From Rhizaria sp. SCN 62-66 (taxonomy: Eukaryota): a DNA stretch of 64,000 bases. The position numbers were made by a program, and so were the translations under genes. The notes under the pieces are model-generated. The model made no database searches. It saw nothing but the letters and a program-made list of their open reading frames with translations, and was not told the DNA's origin. Shown piece by piece: positions 58,076 through 64,000 of this stretch; position 1 is the stretch's first letter; each line of letters opens with the position of its first letter. The stretch spans positions 124,001 to 188,000 of the forward strand of contig MEDY01000033.1 in NCBI GenBank assembly GCA_001724265.1. Reading direction: 5' to 3'.

Positions 58076-59593
58076 ATGAGTGTTGGCGGCGTCCCCACGC
58101 GCTCTGCGCTCAAGCCCGCTATCAAGTCCTCTTCCTCTGCGTCTGCCTCCTCTTCGGCAACGCCCTTCGGCACCATCGCTTCCAACCTGCGCCCCGCTTC
58201 CTCGGTCAGCTTTGGCGACGCCGCTGCAAAGAAATCCTCCGGTGTTAAGAAACCGACTCGCCGTGTCAGGTACGTTCTATCCTGCCCTTCATGGCCTCAT
58301 GATCGCTCCCCACCTAATCCGTCTGACGATGAAACCCCTTCACCTCACTTAACCGCTGAACCTTTCGCTTCTTGTTATTCCGCTCTTGCATGTTCTTACA
58401 GCTTTGGCGCCGAGTTCTCCCGTCTTTACTCGGTTGACGAGCCCGGATCCGTGGTCGACACGCAGACGCGCCGCTTCACGACCGTTGTCGAGGACGACGC
58501 CGAGGCTGACGCCATCCCCGGCAGCCATAGCTCCGCCACGAGCGCCGCCGACAGCAACGAGGACGTCGCGCTCCCCGCTGCTGCCGCCACGCTTTCCCCC
58601 GCTCCCGTCGCGGTCGCCGCTGCTGCCGCGCCCGCAGTGCCCGCAGCGTCCGCCGTGTCCGAGTCCGTCGTTAATGGCAAGCCCGTTCTGCGGTATCAGG
58701 CTCCCGTCGACTCCGACACCGAGGACGCCTCCGAGGACGCACAGACCACCAACGACAGCAACAACACACAGAGCGCGGACGACGCCACCGAGAGCGTCGA
58801 AGCGACGCCGATGCGCGCGGCTGGCCGCGGCAAGCGTTCGCTGTCCTCAGCGGCCAAGAACTGGGCCTCCCCCGTCGCCGCCCAGCGCGCGAGCTCGAGC
58901 TCTAACAGCAACAATACCACAGTCACGATGAGTGTTGGCGGCGCCCGCATTGCCGCCAAGCCTGCGAGCCGGCGCGCGAGCGCTGCGATGAGCGACGTTG
59001 AGGTCCCCGCCATCACCGACGCCCTCGGCGACGCTAGCGGCAACGATGATGACGACGACGACGAGGCTGACTCGAAGGACACTGTTGACATCACTGCCAG
59101 CGTGCCCACGGAGCGTGTGAGCGCGATGGCCGCCGCGCTGGAGCTACTCATGACCCCCGGTCCCGCTGGTTTGCTCTCCCCGGCCACCAAGGCCGCGGCC
59201 GCCGCGGCGGTGCACAGTGATGACAGCTCTGCTGGCAGCGGGCTGATGTTCTCGCCGATCAAGTTCGACGACGACGACGCGACGGCCTGCCTCACAGCCA
59301 ACCTGACTGACGCCTCGCTCTCCTTCCTGCGCAGCAGCCGCCGCTCCAGCAGCGCCAAGAGCACCACTCTCGTCGCGCACACACCGGCCCCGGCCTCTGC
59401 TGCCGCAGCGATTTCCGACGCCGCGACTGCTGATGCCGAGGCGACCGGTCTGACAACCCGCGTTGCCTCCGTCGCCCGCACACGACGCGCGTCGCTCGCC
59501 GTCGCGACGCCTGCGCCCGCGAACGGCGCCGCCGCAGGGCTGTTTACGCCTGCCGTCGCCGGCGCCGGCGCCGCTTTCGCTGGTGACGCTACG

Positions 59594-59632
<39 letters not shown>

Positions 59633-61501
59633 CCCGTGACGCCCGCGTTCGGCAGCTTTGCCACCGGCCCCGTATTCGAGTCCCCTGCCTCCCACTCTCA
59701 CGACGACACTGTCGCTGTCGCTGCTGACGTAGACGCCGACGCCGAGGCTGAGGCTGAGGCTGAGGCCGAGGAGGAGGAGGAGAGTGATGACAATCAGACG
59801 ATGGAGTTCACCGTTGCGCTCGCCACTCAGGCCGTTGTTGTGCCCGCTGTCACTGCCACTAGCACTCTTGCTCGTGGCGTTGTCGCGGAGGCTGAGACTG
59901 AGGCGAAGACCGATGCCGCTGAGGCCGAGGCTGTCCCCGTTGCCCACGCTTCGACTGAGACTGAGACTGTGTCTGCTGTTGACGCTGAGACCGAGGCTGA
60001 GGCTGATGCCGCTGAGTCCGCCGATGTTGTCGTCCTGCCCGTTGCCGCTGCTGCCGCCGCTGCGAGCACTCCTGTCGCCCAGCGCCGCAAGTCCCTTCGT
60101 CAGTCCCTGCTTCTCTCCGCTAAGTCTTCCGCTGTCGCCGTCGCCGCGACCCCCGCGCCCGCCGCTGCTGCTGCCGCTGCTGCCGCCGCTGCGACCCCCG
60201 CAGTGGCCCCCGCTAGCATCCGCGCCAGCCGTCGCCGGTCCTCGGTTGCCCCCACCCCGGCAGGCGCCGCTGCCGCCGGCGCTGGCCCTGTGGCCTCTGC
60301 GGGACGGTCCCGCCGCCGCCGCGCGTCGCTGCTGAACCAAGACACGACGGCGGAGCTTGACTTGCGGCTGCTCGGTCAGCGCGGCTTCGAGGCGATTGAG
60401 GAGTCGCCCTGGGCGAACCTCTGCGACGAGGACGACGACGACGACGACTATGACGAGGAGGAGGAGGAGGCCGAGGCTGAGACCGACGCTATTGCCGAGG
60501 CGGAAGCTGAGGCTGAGGCTGAGGCTGAGGATGATGATCAGACTTCGATGTCGATGACTGACGTCGTTGCCTCTAACGTCGCTGTTGCTGCTGCCGATGT
60601 TGAGACTAAGGTTGAGGCTGAGACTGAGGCTGAGGCTGAGGCTGATGAGACCGAGGCTGTGACGATGGGCATGGATGAGACCGCCGTCGTTAGCGCCGCC
60701 GCCATCATCACCGACATCCTCACCAACTCCAACGTGAGCATCACCGAGACCGAGGCTGTCGCTGCTGAGACTGTCGCCGAAGAGGCCGACGATGATGCTG
60801 AGCAGGAGCAGGACGACGACGACGACGAGGAGGAAGAGGAAGAGGAGGAGCCTTCTATGGAGCTCACGTCTGTTATTCGCGCCCCCGTCATCACCGTTCC
60901 CGCTGCTAGCGCCGCCGTTGCCGACATCATCTCTGCACTCGAGCCCATTACCGAGCACGCTGCCGAGGCCGAGGCTGAGGCTGAGGCTATGAGCGACGGC
61001 GATGATGAGAACGAGGAGAACGACGACGACGATGACGATGACGATATGGCGATGACCACTGTCATCAACGCTCGCATCGCAGTTGCCCCCGCCACTGTCG
61101 CCGCCACCGTTGCCGCCACACCCGTGTCCAGCTTCGCCTCCCGCCCGGCGCCGCCGCTGCTCAGCGCGCTGCCCACCCCCGCCGCGGGTGCGGAGACGCC
61201 CGCTGCCGCGTCAATGTCGGTGGTGGTCGAGGAGGACGAGGACTGCGTGACTGCGCCCGCGCACGGCCACGTGCAGCCGCGCTTCAGCCTCGGCTTCATC
61301 ACCCCGAGCCACATCCACGGCGCCGCCCATGACGACTCTGTTGCCGCTGCTGAGGAGGCCGCTGCCGGGACCACGGGCACCGTCAACGTCGCGTCGCTCG
61401 CGCTGCCCGCCGCGATTGCGGAGGAAGACGAGGCTGACCTGTGCGACTCCAGTGTCAGCATGTCCTTCACGGCCCCTGTCGTGCCTGCGAACCTCGCCAA
61501 C

Positions 61502-61539
<38 letters not shown>

Positions 61540-64000
61540 CATTGCCTCTGTTGCGAGTCCTCCCGCGCTGTCCGCTACTTCTCCCGCTTCTCTCACTGCG
61601 TTCTCCGCCGAAAACACCGCCGCTGTCAGCGCTGTCGACTCCGCTACCGGTCCAGTCTCGATGGAATTCACCGGCGGCCTACCTTTCTCGCCCATCAGCG
61701 GCCTGACTTCCTCGGTCGACGGCCTAACTTCCCCCGTCACTGCTGCTGCTACTACAAGCGCCGCCAGCTCTGCCCGCGCCATGCCCGCCAAGTCCCGCCT
61801 CAGTCTCATGTCGGTCACGTCGCAGCTCGCCGACTCGGACTCTGAGGCAGACTCCGAGGCCGAGGCCAAGAAGGTTGGCCGCGTCGCCGTCCCCATGTTG
61901 CCCGCCGCCACGCCGACGAGCAACATGGCCACTGCAGCCGTGAGCGCGGCTGCGGGCGTGAACCAGACCCAGGACGAGACCGATACGTACAACTTTGCCC
62001 TGCGCGTTGCCGCCGCGGCTGCTGAGAACAAGACTGCCGACTACACCTCCAGCGACCTGACCAACGGGAGCAGCGCCTACGATACCAACACTCGCAACCA
62101 GTCCGTCACGCAGACTCAGACGCAGACGATGTCGATGTCCGACGAGACTAAGGCGCTCATCATGTCCTCGTACTCGCCCAACTCGGTCGCTGCCAACGTC
62201 GACGCCATTGTCCGCGGCGGCCGTCGCTCGTCCGTCGCCGCTGTGCCGCTGCGCAAGCGCGCGAGCGCCAGTAACAGCAAGAAGTCCGCTGCTGCTGACG
62301 AGGACGAGGACGACGACGACTCTGTGACCGCGATGATGCGCCGCTACCTGCAGGAGGACGACGATGAGGCCCCGCCGCACATGATCTCCAACCGCGACCG
62401 CGAGAGCACGCACTCTGACGCCAGTGCTCACGCCGCTCGCGACGACACTGAGGACGTGACTGGCCTGCCCGCAATCGCGCCGCGCGCCTATGACTACCAG
62501 CACCAAGCTGGTGACGGCGACAATACCGAAGCGTTCACTGACGCTGCGCCCGCTCGTAACGACATGCACGACCGCGAAGACGTCACGAACAATGTCGTCG
62601 ATGACGACGGCGAGCTTGATGTCGACGCCGTCATTGCGCAGTACGACGCCCGCAGTCGCGCCCGCACCAGCATCGGCTCGCCGCTGCCCTCCAAGCGCCG
62701 CCGCCGCCTCAGCGCACGCAGCTCTATCGCCCCCGCCAGCGCCAGCGCTAGCGCCTTCGCCGGCGCGGCCGACGGTGTTGACGCTGAGGACGAGGACGAG
62801 GAGGACAGCCGCACGCGCGACGCGCTGCTCGCGTCCAAGGTGCGCGGCATCACCTCGCTGGCGGACCTGTACCGCGGCGCGCTGCTGGCACCGGCCTGGG
62901 ACAAGGGCCGGCGCGAGAGCGAGCTGCCTCTGTCGCTCCTGCTCCGCGGCTCGCGCCGGGACGACGACGACAGCGACGACAGCGGCGACGACCCCGACCG
63001 CACGGAGGACGCCACGGGCGCGCCGCGCCGCCGCTCGCGTCGCCAGCGCCGCCAGTCGACGGTGATGTCTGTGGCGCTGGAGGAGATGGGCGATCTGCTC
63101 AAGCTCAACATGGGCCACATCCACGAGGCCGACTACATTGACAGCACGCGCACCGTGTACGAGCGCCTGCAGACGGTGCTGGACTCGGCCGAGCTGCTCG
63201 AGAAGACGCTCGTCGCCGACGCGCGCGCCGCCATCTCGGGTCTCGTCGCGGAGCCGAGTAATCCTTTCGCTGCTATCGCGCTGTCGCTGGCCGACGGCGG
63301 GCGCAGAGAGCGTGGCGCCATCAAGGGCCAGCTTGAGCGCGCGCAGGACGCCGCGTCGATGTTTGGGCAGCTCGAGTGGATGCGCATCCGTTCGCAGGGC
63401 CTTGCCGTCACGCGTGACGCACTCGCGACGCAGTTGAACGAGCTCAAGGCCGACGTGCCGGACCTGGAGCGCTTCTCCTTGACGCTCAAGGAGATGCGTG
63501 CCGCCCAGCTTGCCAATGCGGACCCCGTCGTTGCGGCCGCGCGCAACGACGTCCTGGCGCGCGCCGACGCGATCACCGCCGCGCGCGCCACTGCTGCGGC
63601 GGCCGAGCTTGCCGCGGGCGACGCTGCCGAGGCGCATCGCGTTGCGACAGGCGAGATCGCAGCCGCGGAGGCGCGCGTCGAGGTCGCCGAGGCCGAGGCG
63701 GCCGCCGAGCGCGCTGGCGGCGTCGACCCCCAGTCGGCCGCCGCGCAGGCCGAGGCGCGCATGGCGCTCGGCAAGACCGCGCTCTCGTTGAACGCGGCCT
63801 GCGCCGGCTGGAGCCAGCCCACTGTTACTTCGCAGCAGCACGGCAATTGCTCCGCTGTCGAGCTTACCCTCGCGCCTGCGACCGCGCCCACCGTCTTCGT
63901 CTCTGCCGCGCCGTCCTCCCCCACAGCCGCCGCCGGCGCTGGCAGCACCGCGGTGAGCGTGAGCCCGGCCCCCGTGCAGTGCTCGCTGCGCCTCGTTGCG
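58076..64000 (+). CDS. KNL1: Kinetochore scaffold KNL1/Spc105/Spc7; 3'-partial (>1900 aa); absent from the ORF track
   Basis: join(58076..58269,58402..>64000); intron gtacgt...tacag, phase 2. The N-terminus has RSALK (SILK-like) and RRVSF, the latter formed across the splice. MELT-like motifs, mostly after acidic tracts: MEFT 59801, MSMT 60548, MDET 60671, MELT 60857, MAMT 61046, MSFT 61460, MEFT 61661. The C-terminal helical region NPFAAIALSL...QLERAQDAASMFGQLEWMRIRSQGL resembles the Spc7 domain and is followed by coiled coil. Confidence 0.85.
59597..59629 (+). repeat. (GCT)11 pure triplet repeat, poly-Ala in KNL1
   Basis: Read directly. Confidence 0.9.
61505..61537 (+). repeat. (GCT)11 pure triplet repeat, poly-Ala in KNL1
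   Basis: Read directly. Confidence 0.9.

Noticed and set aside
59144-63948. Long - strand ORFs (604, 497, 705, 271 aa)
   Set aside because: Antisense shadows of the + strand KNL1 frame, which carries the recognisable motifs.
1-64000. CRISPR array, prokaryotic defence system, rRNA or autonomous transposon
   Set aside because: No regularly spaced repeats, rRNA signatures, or transposase/RT/integrase motifs seen; gene content and introns are eukaryotic housekeeping.

Overview
Gene-dense eukaryotic (protist-like) genomic DNA: GC-rich exons, AT-rich spacers and short (104-400 nt) GT-AG spliceosomal introns. I see no prokaryotic operon, CRISPR array, rRNA, tRNA or intact transposon. Hand-splicing supports 11 protein genes. 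In order: (1) a giant, apparently intronless ORF of up to 6823 aa whose two ends match TFIIIC subunit GTF3C3/Tfc4; (2) coactosin-like ADF-H protein; (3) Hsp110; (4) an expanded THOC2 (~3530 aa); (5) a mitochondrial-type CBS-pair + PTC7 PP2C fusion; (6) an unknown 3-exon protein; (7) a two-RRM protein with a presequence-like N-terminus; (8) mitochondrial ketoacyl-ACP synthase; (9) a longin-like protein; (10) a Yar1-like ankyrin protein; (11) a KNL1/Spc105 kinetochore scaffold that the ORF track misses because it runs off the window end. The points most worth following up are the extreme Ala/Ser-rich inflation of conserved proteins, the CBS-PTC7 fusion, the motif content and promoter of KNL1, a GTACG 5' splice-site consensus, and a ~290-bp fold-back element at 43.5-43.8 kb. 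Family calls come from motif recognition by eye, not from database searches.
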